This document shows, one piece after another, positions 61,485-64,000 of a stretch of 64,000 bases of DNA. The stretch is from Eledone cirrhosa (lineage: Eukaryota), in NCBI GenBank assembly GCA_964016885.1, contig OZ024754.1, forward strand, positions 29,388,001 through 29,452,000. Reading direction: 5' to 3'. Numbering within the stretch: position 1 is the first letter of the stretch; every line of letters starts with the position of its first letter. The notes beneath the pieces were generated by a model, which saw only the letters and a list, made by a program, of their open reading frames with translations, was not told the DNA's origin and made no database searches. A program made the translations under genes and the position numbers.

Positions 61485-61822
61485 CAGTATCCTGCTTCAC
61501 TTTGTCAATTTTTGTGACATGACCTCCACAACACTTCTGTGTCTATCATTGCCATCTTCGGTTTCTTGATAAATTTCAGATCACTACCGTGCTTCAAGTT
61601 GTCAATGTATGTAACAGCACGTCCACAACACTTTTCTGTCTATCATTGCCGTCTTCGGTTCCTTGGTATATTCCAAGACAATATCCTGCTTTAAGTTGTC
61701 AATTAGTGCGACAGGACGTTCACAAAACTTCCTTGTATATCATTGCTATCTTCAGTTTCTGGATAGTTTTTACACCAGTATTCTGCTTCAGACTGTCAAT
61801 GTATGTGATATGACGTCCATTG
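61485..61822. repeat. Diverged 97-bp tandem repeat, ~3.5 copies
   Basis: Units start at 61485, 61582, 61679 and 61776 and share TGCTTYA..YTGTCAAT; the three complete units also share TATCATTGC..TCTTC.GTT. Confidence 0.85.
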
Positions 61823-62142
61823 AGCCATCACACACAGTTGCATACATTTCACAGGCTCAGCTATGAGGCTTTCTTTTCAAGATGCCGTACAGAGCGCCTC
61901 AGATATTCCCATTTACTTTTGTTGGATTTCCATACAGAAAATAGTTTACCATGAGCTGCTGCCACTTTACTTCAAGAAACACGTGTAGTATCTTTGTGTA
62001 GCAAACATCAAGACACTTTTCTTATTGTTTCGCGAGTCTCGATAGCTTGCTGCCATGCAAAAGTACCGAATACTACTAAAGCGAACCATCGTTGTTTCAT
62101 AACCTATGCTATAGAAACTATTTCAAATCAAATTTTGAACCA

Positions 62143-62297
62143 GACAGTATCGGTAGAGGGTGGGACGCCATGAATTACGGCCCTTTCTGATCTGAGTTCA
62201 AATCCCGCCGAAGTTAGCTTTGCCTTTCATCCTTACGGGGTCGATAAAATAATGCACTGGAATAATTACTGGCCTTGCGCCAAAAGTAAAAATAATT
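62143..62297 (+). mobile_element. tRNA-derived SINE copy
   Basis: CAGTATCGGTAGAGGG...GAGTTCAAATCCCG...CCTTACGGGGTCGATAAAATAA. Confidence 0.85.
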
Positions 62298-62746
62298 ATT
62301 TACAAGAAAGGTTTAAAGAAAAAAGCTGGATTTTAACCTAATATAACAGGTGGCGGCGTGTGGTCTAGTGGTTAGATTGTTATCCATGAAATCAATTGCG
62401 GTGCGTTGCGTTCACGAGCAAAACATTTCATTATACATTGCTTTTCATGATAGAACTGAGGTCATTATCATTAAAATTAAAATGCCAAGGAATTTCTTAT
62501 AATTTCAACATCGTAGGAGGTCAGTGAAATTTGCATAGGTGTGAGCTGTAAATTTCATACTGTTTGTAATATATACGTCAGAATATGACTGAATTTCTAT
62601 ATTTCTAATAAAATAATATACACCTAATTGTCTATGTATAAAGAATAGGAATAAACAGACATTCCTTGATATCTGCAATCTCACATGCTCTTGTTGTTGA
62701 GTCATAGATATATTAATTACGTAATTTTCAGTAAAATCTGCCAAAG

Positions 62747-62783
<37 letters not shown>

Positions 62784-62964
62784 AGATGGAATACCCACCA
62801 GTGTAAATTGTCAGATTACAAGACAAGCTATCAGAATGGGCTTCGCTATATGAAAGAAGGCAAACATCTGCTGTTAGAGGCTTTATTTAAACTAATTACT
62901 TCGTCATTTAGTCGATATATATGTTTACCATCGTGTAATAGTTATTTAAACATATCCATATATG

Positions 62965-63031
<67 letters not shown>

Positions 63032-63187
63032 TCCGGAGTGAACAGACCCACCTGCGCACTTCGTTGAGTGCTCTACCCTGCATACTAAAGTGTCGGTAAC
63101 TAACCAACACATACTCAAATTTATAATTTATATATATGTACACACACACACACATATATATATATATACATACACACCCTCCACCCT

Positions 63188-63323
63188 TAACGTCCCTTTA
63201 CGATCTGAGTTCAAATCCCCGCCGAGGTTAACTTTGCCTTTCATCCTTACGGGGTCGATAAAATAAAGTACCAGTAATGTACTGGGATAATTGCTGGCCT
63301 TGTGCCAAAAGAAGAAACAATTA
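63188..63323 (+). mobile_element. tRNA-derived SINE copy (5'-truncated)
   Basis: GAGTTCAAATCCCCGCCGAGGTTAACTTTGCCTTTCATCCTTACGGGGTCGATAAAATAAAGTACC. Confidence 0.88.
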
Positions 63324-64000
63324 TTTGCTTAAGGGTATTATTTTGACATTGTAAACCACTGAAAAATCGTTTCAGTTACAATTATTGCGAATACTACTGC
63401 ATCAAAGTCTTCATGCCGGGAATGTTAGCGGAAAGTAGTATCAATTAATGTGGTTCATGTAATTGAGGTGTTGGGTTCGATTCCTCCACTAGGTGATGTT
63501 GTGTGTTCTTGAAAGAAACATTTTGTTTAACGTTGCTCCAGTCAACTCAGCTGTAAATGAATACCGATAGCAGGTGGGAGTTAACCCTGCGATGAGCTGG
63601 AAACTCGTCTCTCTATCTCAGTCCTGTAATGCCAATGAAACAGAGAGAGATTCCGGCCTCATCAGCCACTGGGCTTGGGGCGTGCATTAACCTGTTTCTT
63701 TATTGCTAGGTAGGCATGCTATCGGTCAAGAGAGGAAAAGGTTGACCACGGTTGGCGATTGAACTTAAATGTTGACGTAACTAAATACTGCAAGGCATAA
63801 TGTCGGACGCTCTACCATTTTCTCAACTACCCCATCTTTCACCCAACTGACGTCAGTATCCCTGAAGCTCTGTCAATGTTTTTACTCACCCCACCTTACA
63901 CTAATTATAACAGAGTATTGAGATTCACGTTAGATCGAAGATAATACTTTTAAATATATTTTATCATTCTGAATCCATCTGGATTAATTCTATATATGAG

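Overview
Very AT-rich eukaryotic (animal) genomic DNA dominated by long (TA)n, (CA/TG)n, (GA)n and (TATG)n microsatellites. I found no convincing host protein-coding gene; most ORFs in the track are YI/HT/VC microsatellite artefacts. The tRNA-derived SINE family and overall composition resemble octopod cephalopod genomes (inference). The window is a transposon landscape: at least seven coding copies or remnants of Penelope-like elements (PLEs; RT plus C-terminal GIY-YIG), including one near-intact ORF at 16937-19066, a CRE-like RLE retrotransposon, RTE-like LINE 3' ends, a decayed mariner, non-autonomous Helitrons and many SINEs. The most striking pattern is a large set of type I hammerhead ribozyme (HHR) motifs from roughly a dozen sequence-distinct PLE pseudo-LTR (pLTR) families. 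Many lie inside ORF-less fold-back (inverted-repeat) cassettes of about 0.1-0.6 kb that abut (TA)n tracts, and several carry a hammerhead on both strands. All folds and alignments were read by eye, and coordinates of decayed elements are approximate.
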